Virus record (IMG/VR): IMGVR_UViG_3300020205_002210
Location: 32,001 to 96,000 of that record
DNA: 64,000 nucleotides
Reading direction: 5' to 3' (one strand)
From: a virus
Below are positions 50,917-57,388 of the stretch, piece after piece (the stretch's first letter is position 1; the number at the start of each line of letters is the position of its first letter). A program made the translations under genes and the position numbers. The notes beneath the pieces were generated by a model. That model was not told where the DNA came from. It ran no database searches and saw only the letters and a program-made list of their open reading frames with translations.

Positions 50917-50989
50917 CATACCTTATGTGCATTATAAGAGTGTTTAAGTCACTTAATGCACAATTTATTATATATTATGGAGAATTTGA

Positions 50990-51925
50990 ATGTCAGAACA
51001 CATCTTGTGGGTGGAGAAGTATCGTCCTAAAACCATTGAAGATTGTATTCTTCCCGATGGTATCAAGGCAACATTTCAGGAATATGTAAACCGCAAAGAG
51101 ATTCCTAATCTGTTGTTGTCCGGTTCTGCCGGTGTTGGTAAGACAACAATTGCAAAAGCCCTCTGTGAAGAGGTTGGTTGTGATTATATTATGATTAACG
51201 GTTCAGATGAATCGGGTATCGATGTTCTACGGAACAAAATCAAAAACTATGCGTCCTCTATGTCCTTATCTGGCGGCCGCAAAGTTGTTATCATTGACGA
51301 AGCAGATTATCTAAATCCAAATTCAACTCAACCTGCGATGCGTGGTGCCATTGAGGAGTTTGCTTCCAACTGTTCATTCATCTTCACTTGCAATTTTAAG
51401 AACAGGATCATTGATCCCATTCATTCTCGTTGCACTGTTGTAGACTTTAAGATCAATGGTAGTAGAGCCAAGATGGCTGCACAATTCTTTAAGCGAGTTG
51501 AATGGATTCTGAAACAAGAAGGTGTGGATTATGACAAAGAGGTTGTGGCCGCTGTTATAACGAAACACTTTCCAGACAATCGCCGTATCTTAAATGAATT
51601 GCAACGGTATTCTGTGAGTGGAACAATTGACAAAGGCATCTTGGCTTCAGTTTCTGAAATTCAGATGACAGAATTGGTTAAGTCACTTAAAGGTAAAGAT
51701 TTCGCATCTTGCCGTAAATGGGTTACCAATAACTTAGACAATGACACCACACGCATCTTTCGAAATGTTTATGATGCATTATATGAGCAACTGAAACCTA
51801 ATTCCGTTCCACAACTGGTTCTGATTTTGGCAAAGTATCAATATCAAGCTGCTTTTGTGGCCGACCATGAAATCAACCTCATTGCATGTTTGACTGAAAT
51901 TATGGTCGAATGTGAATTCAAATGA
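50990..51925 (+). CDS. gp44: Clamp loader large subunit
   Basis: WVEKYRP, GSAGVGKTT, IIDEAD and HSRC motifs. Confidence 0.96.
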   Translation: MSEHILWVEKYRPKTIEDCILPDGIKATFQEYVNRKEIPNLLLSGSAGVGKTTIAKALCEEVGCDYIMINGSDESGIDVLRNKIKNYASSMSLSGGRKVVIIDEADYLNPNSTQPAMRGAIEEFASNCSFIFTCNFKNRIIDPIHSRCTVVDFKINGSRAKMAAQFFKRVEWILKQEGVDYDKEVVAAVITKHFPDNRRILNELQRYSVSGTIDKGILASVSEIQMTELVKSLKGKDFASCRKWVTNNLDNDTTRIFRNVYDALYEQLKPNSVPQLVLILAKYQYQAAFVADHEINLIACLTEIMVECEFK

Positions 51926-52311
51926 GTCCGTTTGACTATGCCGACTACATCCTCAGAAAAAAAGTACCTGAAGGTGAGTTGGATTTCAAAGATTATGCAC
52001 CCTTCCTAATCAACAGGTCATTGTCCCACCACTTAGACTGTGTTCTCTATGTAAATGAGTTGAACATGTGGCCAAGTATTGACAAAGACATGCAATACCA
52101 CTATCTTCTAAATAGTATCAGGCCTATGAAACGAAAGTTCGTTCCATGGCAAAAGGCCGATTCTGATAAGAATATTGAGTGTGTGAAAATCTATTATGGG
52201 TATTCTAACGCCAAAGCTAAAGAAGCTCTCCGTATTCTTACTGATGAACAAATCGCTGTTATAAAAACAAAAATAGATACAGGCGGAGTGAAGAATAATG
52301 ATAGAAATTAA
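51922..52311 (+). CDS. gp62: Clamp loader small subunit
   Basis: YAPFLINRSLS and YYGYSNAKAKEALRIL motifs. Confidence 0.9.
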   Translation: MSPFDYADYILRKKVPEGELDFKDYAPFLINRSLSHHLDCVLYVNELNMWPSIDKDMQYHYLLNSIRPMKRKFVPWQKADSDKNIECVKIYYGYSNAKAKEALRILTDEQIAVIKTKIDTGGVKNNDRN

Positions 52312-52708
52312 AGACTTGGTTGAGGTGACATTGGCAGAAAAGGATGATTTTCTTAAAGTTAGAGAAACATTAACCCGTATCGGCGTTGCATCAAAGAAAG
52401 ATAAAACACTGTACCAATCTTGTCACATACTCCATAAGCGTGGACAATATTACATTGTACACTTCAAAGAGTTGTTTGCATTAGATGGTAAACCTACCGA
52501 TATTAGTGAAAACGATTTGTCTCGTAGGAATGCCATTGTTAATCTATTGGAAGATTGGGGTCTATTAACCATTGTTGATAAGAAACAAACGGAGACACCA
52601 GAACCCATATTCTTATCACAGGTTAAAATCATTTCACACAAAGAGAAGTCGGAGTGGCAATTAACACCAAAATATAATATTGGTAAAAAACCACAAACTC
52701 CACAGTAA
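52298..52708 (+). CDS. regA: Translational repressor
   Basis: DDFLKVRETLTRIG, LYQSCHILHKRG and HFKELFALDG motifs. Confidence 0.95.
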   Translation: MIEIKDLVEVTLAEKDDFLKVRETLTRIGVASKKDKTLYQSCHILHKRGQYYIVHFKELFALDGKPTDISENDLSRRNAIVNLLEDWGLLTIVDKKQTETPEPIFLSQVKIISHKEKSEWQLTPKYNIGKKPQTPQ

Positions 52709-52712
52709 ACTG

Positions 52713-52720
52713 TATAAATA
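52713..52720 (+). promoter_or_regulatory. T4 late promoter before the structured leader and hsp20
   Basis: TATAAATA. Confidence 0.75.
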
Positions 52721-52723
52721 AAA

Positions 52724-52940
52724 GTGTTCTTAGTCCCTCGGGATGGGAACTACCATGCCTCTGAAGGGTAGTAAAATAACCAGAGGCACCAATTTGCCCA
52801 CCTTAGGGCCGTTTAGATGTTTCGGTAAAAAGCGTCCGTGTAATTACACCCTCAACACGAAAGTTTGAGCCAGTATAAGGTAAGCTGGAAATACCGTCAT
52901 GCCTTCGGGGTGACAAATTTTAACTCGCTTAATAGGAGAA
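52724..52940 (+). ncRNA. Candidate structured leader RNA upstream of the 52944 ORF and hsp20
   Basis: Stems TGCCTCTG/CAGAGGCA, CTCAA-CAC-GAAA-GT-TTGAG and GTCA-TGCC-TTCG-GGG-TGAC after a TATAAATA promoter. Confidence 0.55.
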
Positions 52941-52943
52941 ATT

Positions 52944-53168
52944 ATGTTAAATAATATTAACACCGCCATCGACACGTTCCAAAGTGTCAAAAGTAAATTC
53001 GTTGAAACCTGCGTTGATAACGAAGAACTTAAAAAACCACTCAATGCGTTCATCACAGCACAGACCACTTTTGCAAAGACTGTAGCTAAATCTCACAATG
53101 ACTTCTTCACTTCATTGGCTATGGCAGCATATGCCTTTGATGCGAAAAAAGCCTTTGCTAAGAAATAA
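52944..53168 (+). CDS. Small helical protein (weak phasin-like appearance)
   Basis: 74 aa, SD aggag, amphipathic helix. Confidence 0.6.
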   Translation: MLNNINTAIDTFQSVKSKFVETCVDNEELKKPLNAFITAQTTFAKTVAKSHNDFFTSLAMAAYAFDAKKAFAKK

Positions 53169-53179
53169 GGAGAACACAT

Positions 53180-53626
53180 ATGACTACTTTTCCCTCTATA
53201 ATGGATTTCCATAAATTCGATCCGTTCGCAGTAGGTTTTACTGATGTATTCAAAGACTTACAAGAAATGTCCAAGACTGTCCAAAAAGCAGTTTCTTATC
53301 CACCATATAATATCAGACAGATTAAAGAAAACAAATTTGTCATTGAGATGGCTGTGGCTGGTTTTGCAAAATCCGACATTGAAGTTACACTAGAAGGTAA
53401 CAAACTGATTGTGAAAGGTCTCTCACAAGACACAGAAGCACCAGAATCCTTCATCTACAAGGGTATTGCTAACCGAAATTTCACCCGTGAATTCAAACTC
53501 AATGATAAAATTGAAATTGAAAATGCTGAAATGGCCAATGGAATGTTAAGAATCTGGTTGGAAAACATTGTCAAAGCTCAAGACGCAATCAAAAAAATTG
53601 CAGTTAAGGAGAAAGCAGACAAATGA
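53180..53626 (+). CDS. hsp20: Small heat-shock protein
   Basis: YPPYNI, EMAVAGF, KGIANRNFTREF and NGMLRI motifs. Confidence 0.93.
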   Translation: MTTFPSIMDFHKFDPFAVGFTDVFKDLQEMSKTVQKAVSYPPYNIRQIKENKFVIEMAVAGFAKSDIEVTLEGNKLIVKGLSQDTEAPESFIYKGIANRNFTREFKLNDKIEIENAEMANGMLRIWLENIVKAQDAIKKIAVKEKADK

Positions 53627-53727
53627 AACCACTCTTAAAATTTCTATTGAATATTGTTGAAGGTATTCAGGAAGCTCGAGCTCTAAAGGCTGAATTGTTT
53701 GTCAAGAACCACTTCAGAGGTTCTTAA
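53623..53727 (+). CDS. 34-aa hypothetical protein
   Basis: ATGA overlap with the hsp20 stop; MKPLLKFLLNIVEGIQEARA... Confidence 0.5.
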   Translation: MKPLLKFLLNIVEGIQEARALKAELFVKNHFRGS

Positions 53728-53728
53728 A

Positions 53729-53806
53729 ATGTTAAATTGGTGGCCCGCCTCAGATGAGGAATGGGACCGGTTAAACTATCCGGACAAATATTTACCAACT
53801 AAGTGA
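53729..53806 (+). CDS. 25-aa hypothetical peptide MLNWWPASDEEWDRLNYPDKYLPTK
   Basis: Starts 1 nt after the previous stop and ends just before a terminator. Confidence 0.45.
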   Translation: MLNWWPASDEEWDRLNYPDKYLPTK

Positions 53807-53807
53807 T

Positions 53808-53845
53808 AAAAGGGGCTTGACAGGCCCCTTTTTTTCATGTATAAT
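53808..53845 (+). terminator. Terminator whose loop is the -35 box of a sigma70 promoter
   Basis: GGGGC-TTGACA-G-GCCCC-T run; TTGACA (53817) -17- TATAAT (53840). Confidence 0.75.
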
Positions 53846-53854
53846 TTATTCATT

Positions 53855-54055
53855 ATGTCAAAAAAACAATTTAAACCATTTAACCAACTCAAAAAAGTTC
53901 GGTCTAAATTTAATCCAACGGATATTTTCTACACAGATTCTTCTTGGGAAACCAAAGAAGTTGATGGTGTGGTGTTCATCTACGTCATTAAAAATATTGG
54001 CATTAGGGAAACACCAAAGCTGATGCGAAAAGAATCTTTAGAAGTTGTTCGTTGA
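53855..54055 (+). CDS. Small basic hypothetical protein
   Basis: ATG 53855 just downstream of a consensus sigma70 promoter. Confidence 0.6.
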   Translation: MSKKQFKPFNQLKKVRSKFNPTDIFYTDSSWETKEVDGVVFIYVIKNIGIRETPKLMRKESLEVVR

Positions 54056-54060
54056 TTAAT

Positions 54061-54138
54061 GGGCCTCTAGCTCATGTTGGTTAGAGCAGTGGACTCATAA
54101 TCCATTGGTGCCGTGTTCGACTCACGGGGGGCCCACCA
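54061..54138 (+). tRNA. tRNA with CAT anticodon, Ile2 (lysidine)-type
   Basis: GGGCCTC acceptor, GACT-CAT-AATC arm resembling enterobacterial ileX; encoded CCA. Confidence 0.85.
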
Positions 54139-54157
54139 TCTTTATAATAGGAATATA

Positions 54158-54598
54158 ATGAAAACTAAATTCTTGGAGGCATACATGAAGGTTGCCGAAA
54201 GTTTTTCTGGACTTTCATCAGCCAAAAGACTACAAGTCGGCGCAATTGTTGTCAAAGAAGACCGTATCATCTCTATTGGTTACAATGGAATGCCTTCAGG
54301 TTGGGACAATGAATGTGAAGAATTGGTCCATCGGATTGCCGAAGAACCAATATTGAAAACTAAACCAGAAGTTCTCCATGCGGAAACAAATGCTATTGCA
54401 AAACTGGCAAAAAGTTCGGAGTCTGGTAATAATGCTAGCATTTTTATAACACATGCTCCATGTCTCGACTGTGCAAAATTAATTTACCAGTCTGGCATCA
54501 ATTCGGTATATTACCGAAATGCATATAGAAATGAAGATGGTGTTAAATTCTTGCATAAAGCCGGCATAAGAGTAGCAAAGATTGAAACCGCTAAATAG
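54158..54598 (+). CDS. cd: dCMP deaminase
   Basis: IGYNG, HAETNAI and PCLDCAK zinc motifs. Confidence 0.92.
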   Translation: MKTKFLEAYMKVAESFSGLSSAKRLQVGAIVVKEDRIISIGYNGMPSGWDNECEELVHRIAEEPILKTKPEVLHAETNAIAKLAKSSESGNNASIFITHAPCLDCAKLIYQSGINSVYYRNAYRNEDGVKFLHKAGIRVAKIETAK

Positions 54599-54634
54599 AT
54601 AAGGTGTAACAATACTAACTTTGGGGGAGGTACT

Positions 54635-55150
54635 ATGCAGGTTAACATAATTAATTGTCCTGATGTAGATTTTAAACCTTTCGTACAGAGGGCCACTCAG
54701 TTTTTTGCCAAAGAACTTATTACAAATTCACGCATAAGAAACAATTGCCATGTTGAAATACGCTTTGATAACAAGTTAACTGAGTATGGTTATGCAAGTA
54801 TTGTTGATTATAATTCAAGAAAAAAGCCAAGAAACTTCTTAATAGAAATTCACTCTAAGTTAGGTTCCAGAAGAATACTCAGTACATTATCACATGAGAT
54901 GGTACACATCAAACAGTATATTGAAGGCGAAACAAACGACCAATTAACCACATGGCGTGGTAAAAAGATTAATCCGGACGAAGTGGACTATTGGATTCAA
55001 CCTTGGGAAATTGATGCATACGGAAGAGAAACTGGTTTGTTGACAAAGTTTGCAATCTCAGAAAATCTTTGGGAAATATTTACGGATTTTGTTAATCCAG
55101 CAGGTCCAATCCGTACACATCCTATAGCGTGGAAAAATAATTTAAAATAA
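54635..55150 (+). CDS. HEXXH zinc metallopeptidase-like protein (SprT-like)
   Basis: TLSHEMVH.KQY ... PWEIDAY motif. Confidence 0.7.
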   Translation: MQVNIINCPDVDFKPFVQRATQFFAKELITNSRIRNNCHVEIRFDNKLTEYGYASIVDYNSRKKPRNFLIEIHSKLGSRRILSTLSHEMVHIKQYIEGETNDQLTTWRGKKINPDEVDYWIQPWEIDAYGRETGLLTKFAISENLWEIFTDFVNPAGPIRTHPIAWKNNLK

Positions 55151-55164
55151 ATTTGAAAAACCGC

Positions 55165-55193
55165 TTGCCAAGGCTAAAAGTTTACTATATAAT
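55165..55193 (+). promoter_or_regulatory. Sigma70 promoter of the leader unit
   Basis: TTGCCA-17-TATAAT. Confidence 0.75.
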
Positions 55194-55226
55194 ACAAACA
55201 TCGTTAAGAAATTTAGAAAGAACAAA

Positions 55227-55340
55227 GTGTCCCTCATATCCTTTAAACCCTCATCGTTGCAGACGGAGTATCACACAAGTATTAATTGTGGTGATGCGTT
55301 ATGGCGCGCCGGGTTTTGTGTACAAGGATTGGACGAATAA
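55227..55340 (+). CDS. 37-aa putative attenuator leader peptide (GTG start)
   Basis: MSLISFKPSSLQTEYHTSINCGDALWRAGFCVQGLDE; purine-rich AGAAAG 6 nt upstream; contains all 20 amino acids. Confidence 0.6.
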   Translation: MSLISFKPSSLQTEYHTSINCGDALWRAGFCVQGLDE

Positions 55341-55373
55341 AAGTTCAAGTAAAAGATTCTTAACACAAGACCC
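55311..55373 (+). promoter_or_regulatory. Antiterminator helix
   Basis: GGGTTTTGTGT (55311-55321) pairs over 11 bp (one G-U) with ACACAAGACCC (55363-55373), overlapping the terminator 5' arm. Confidence 0.65.
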
Positions 55374-55399
55374 TGTTCTAACAAACAGGGTTTTTTTTT
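55370..55399 (+). terminator. Intrinsic terminator/attenuator
   Basis: ACCCTGTT-loop-AACAGGGT followed by a T run. Confidence 0.85.
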
Positions 55400-55441
55400 G
55401 CCTTTAAATTTTAATGTGTTGCAAGTAAACAACACACTGTA

Positions 55442-55470
55442 TTGACAAACCATCGAGTTCGTTGTATAAT
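55442..55470 (+). promoter_or_regulatory. Consensus sigma70 promoter for the tRNA array
   Basis: TTGACA-17-TATAAT. Confidence 0.85.
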
Positions 55471-55505
55471 ACAGACTGTTCATTAAAAATTTGTTGTAGT
55501 TTTTC

Positions 55506-55579
55506 TCGGGGATTGTGTAGTGGTAGCACAGCAGACTTTGACTCTGTTAGTGAAGGTTCGATTCCTTCTTCCCGTACCA
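55506..55579 (+). tRNA. tRNA-Gln(TTG)
   Basis: GCAGA-CT-TTG-AC-TCTGT arm, GGTTCGATTCC, CCA. Confidence 0.9.
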
Positions 55580-55640
55580 TATAAAAACACACTGCCGAGC
55601 GGTCAAATTGCGTAAGCAGATGAGTAGTGTGTTTCTATAT
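55579..55640 (+). repeat. Spacer hairpin, copy 1
   Basis: 17-bp stem with one mismatch: ATATAAAAACACACTGC / GTAGTGTGTTTCTATAT. Confidence 0.7.
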
Positions 55641-55732
55641 GGAAGATGATGCAGCGGGGTTGGTCCTGCGACTGGCCTTGAAAACCAGGTTCTCTTAATC
55701 GGGATGGGGTTCGACTCCTCCGTCTTCCACCA
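55641..55732 (+). tRNA. tRNA-Ser(TGA)
   Basis: CTGGC-CT-TGA-AA-ACCAG arm, long variable arm, CCA. Confidence 0.88.
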
Positions 55733-55735
55733 AGT

Positions 55736-55807
55736 TTCTCGGTCAGTACAGTGGGATGTGCAGGTAGACAATACACGGACAAGGTTCGAATCCAAACTGA
55801 GAATTCA
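55736..55807 (+). ncRNA. Degenerate tRNA-like element
   Basis: 7-bp TTCTCGG/CTGAGAA stem and GGTTCGAATCC T-loop; no valid anticodon arm; ends TTCA. Confidence 0.45.
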
Positions 55808-55825
55808 ATATTGTTGGGAGTTAAC

Positions 55826-56002
55826 ATGCAAGAAAATTTAATTTATCGTTTAAGAAAGCGTGCTGAAATTCGCAGACAGATTCCTACAAGAAAATCGGTG
55901 CAAGAAAATACACCGGATAGAATTGCAGATTTACTAGAAGAAGCTGCGAATAGGATTGAAGAATTGGAGAGTGGGCAGGATGGTAATGCAGCTGATTGCT
56001 AA
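55826..56002 (+). CDS. 58-aa hypothetical protein overlapping tRNA-Ser(GCT)
   Basis: SD gggag, ATG 55826; DLLEEAANRIEELE helix. Confidence 0.65.
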   Translation: MQENLIYRLRKRAEIRRQIPTRKSVQENTPDRIADLLEEAANRIEELESGQDGNAADC

Positions 56003-56055
56003 TCAGTAGGCCGTAGAAATGCGGCCACAGGGTTCGACTCCCTGACTCTCCACCA
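55966..56055 (+). tRNA. tRNA-Ser(GCT)
   Basis: GCTGA-TT-GCT-AA-TCAGT arm, long variable arm, CCA. Confidence 0.88.
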
Positions 56056-56061
56056 AAATAT

Positions 56062-56153
56062 ACCAGCGAGACTTGGGAGTCAGAGAGGTCTTATAAGCCT
56101 TTTAGCGCCAGATTAGCGTTCTTGAGAGAGTTCGATCCTCTCCGTTGGTACCA
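56062..56153 (+). tRNA. Non-canonical tRNA with TAT anticodon and long variable arm
   Basis: ACCAGCG/CGTTGGT acceptor, CT-TAT-AA loop, very short D arm, CCA. Confidence 0.6.
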
Positions 56154-56170
56154 AATTTTAGAAGTTATAT

Positions 56171-56246
56171 GTGCGTGTGACCCGAACGGTTAGGGAGCGG
56201 ATTGCAAATCCGTATTATGCAGGTTCGATCCCTGTCACGCACTCCA
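56171..56246 (+). tRNA. tRNA-Cys(GCA)
   Basis: GCGGA-TT-GCA-AA-TCCGT arm, U73, CCA. Confidence 0.9.
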
Positions 56247-56253
56247 GAGACAA

Positions 56254-56329
56254 GCACCATTCGTCTAACGGTTAGGACGCTGCCCTTTCAAGGCGGAAAC
56301 GAGGAGTTCGATTCTCCCATGGTGTACCA
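56254..56329 (+). tRNA. tRNA-Glu(TTC)
   Basis: CTGCC-CT-TTC-AA-GGCGG arm, CCA. Confidence 0.9.
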
Positions 56330-56380
56330 AATTATTTTAAGGAGATAGTATGAAGAAAAGTATCAAGACTCGAAAACGAC

Positions 56381-56454
56381 AGGGGTGAAACTTTAAGGTG
56401 AAGTAACTGGCTTTTAACCAGTAAAACTCGGATCGTTCCCGAGCACCCCTACCA
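56381..56454 (+). tRNA. tRNA-Lys(TTT)
   Basis: ACTGG-CT-TTT-AA-CCAGT arm; ATCGTTC T-loop; CCA. Confidence 0.85.
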
Positions 56455-56529
56455 TAGATAAACACATTGGGATTAAATTCTGGTCACCCCAGCGCATAAG
56501 AGGTTGCGTACAGTGTGTTTTTCTATGGT
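56451..56529 (+). repeat. Spacer hairpin, copy 2
   Basis: 19-bp stem with one mismatch: ACCATAGATAAACACATTG / CAGTGTGTTTTTCTATGGT. Confidence 0.7.
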
Positions 56530-56580
56530 GAAACTATTCAGGTTCAATGGTCACACGCCCTTGCTTGAAATAGAAGTTGC

Positions 56581-56691
56581 CATATTAAAGTATATTTCAG
56601 GTTGGGTTAGATTCGCGGTCTAACTATTTGGGATAAAAAGTCGGCGTAATTGCAGGATAATAATCTAAGATACGGAATATACTTTAATATG
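56581..56691 (+). ncRNA. Long-stem structured spacer RNA
   Basis: Perfect 16-bp inverted repeat CATATTAAAGTATATT / AATATACTTTAATATG enclosing a GTTAGA/TCTAAC hairpin. Confidence 0.6.
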
Positions 56692-56696
56692 TAAAC

Positions 56697-56782
56697 GGAG
56701 ATGTGGCAGAGTGGTTGATTGCACCAGACTGTAAATCTGGCCCCTAAAAAGCGCGGTGGTTCAAATCCATCCGTCTCCACCA
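56697..56782 (+). tRNA. tRNA-Tyr(GTA)
   Basis: CCAGA-CT-GTA-AA-TCTGG arm, long variable arm, CCA. Confidence 0.9.
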
Positions 56783-56865
56783 AAACAAGAGTACAGGCTC
56801 TTTATAAATCCTGTCTTTGTGTGGAACCGAGCAATGCTCCTGCTTGTATAAGTATCGGTTCAATT

Positions 56866-56939
56866 GGGGGATTAGTATAATGGGATTACGGCAGCTTTGC
56901 AAGCTGTTTACGGGAGTTCGATCCTCCCATCCTCCACCA
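56866..56939 (+). tRNA. tRNA-Ala(TGC)
   Basis: G3-U70 pair, TGC anticodon, CCA. Confidence 0.92.
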
Positions 56940-56947
56940 TAGTTTTA

Positions 56948-57022
56948 GGTTTCAAAGTGTTCATGGACGCACGTAGGCTTGTCACGCCTAAAGAAGGGGA
57001 TCGTTACCCCTTGAGACCGCCA
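56948..57022 (+). tRNA. tRNA-Asp(GTC)
   Basis: TAGGC-TT-GTC-AC-GCCTA arm; ATCGTTA T-loop; GCCA end. Confidence 0.88.
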
Positions 57023-57027
57023 AGTTT

Positions 57028-57118
57028 GGATGTAATAGTTGGTACGAGTGGGCATAAATTGCTTGTCCATGACATGTTTCGAGCATGAAGGTTGGTTCGA
57101 TTCCAACAGCATCCACCA
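57028..57118 (+). ncRNA. tRNA-like RNA with no canonical anticodon arm
   Basis: GGATGT/GCATCC acceptor, GTTGG-TTCGATT-CCAAC T arm, ACCA end. Confidence 0.6.
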
Positions 57119-57126
57119 AGTTTTAT

Positions 57127-57205
57127 TCCGCAGAACCCGAGCAAGGTGCATGGGCGTGACTGTTAATCACTGGTTAGTAGAGTTCGATTCTCTAATGCGG
57201 AGCCA
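57127..57205 (+). tRNA. tRNA-Asn(GTT)
   Basis: GTGA-CT-GTT-AA-TCAC arm, GCCA end. Confidence 0.88.
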
Positions 57206-57212
57206 AGTTTTT

Positions 57213-57286
57213 CTCTGATTGGTGAAATGGTATCATCCGTGCTTTGGGAGCATGTGGCGCAAGTTCGATTCTTGCATCGGAGACCA
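57213..57286 (+). tRNA. tRNA-Pro(TGG)
   Basis: CGTGC-TT-TGG-GA-GCATG arm, CCA. Confidence 0.9.
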
Positions 57287-57298
57287 AAAAATGTAAAT

Positions 57299-57383
57299 GC
57301 TCTGATGGTGGAATAGGTAGACACAAGAGACTTAAAATCTCTCGCCTTCGGGTGTGCCGGTTCGATTCCGGCTCGGAGCACCA
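57299..57383 (+). tRNA. tRNA-Leu(TAA)
   Basis: AGAGA-CT-TAA-AA-TCTCT arm, long variable arm, CCA. Confidence 0.92.
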
Positions 57384-57388
57384 AGTTA

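Noticed and set aside
52790-52850. Pistol-ribozyme-like TTAGGGCC motif
   Set aside because: The other conserved pistol elements and pseudoknot partner were not found
52708-54060. Absence of DNA polymerase gp43 after regA
   Set aside because: Most likely located outside this window; rearrangement is common in T4-like phages
55153-55407. 84-aa ORF spanning the leader region
   Set aside because: TTG start without SD; it overlaps its own promoter and runs through the terminator; the SD-led 37-codon frame fits better
55579-56691. CRISPR-like mini-array (conserved stems with variable inserts)
   Set aside because: Only two related copies; they are inverted arms around a loop, not direct repeats with regular spacers; no cas genes
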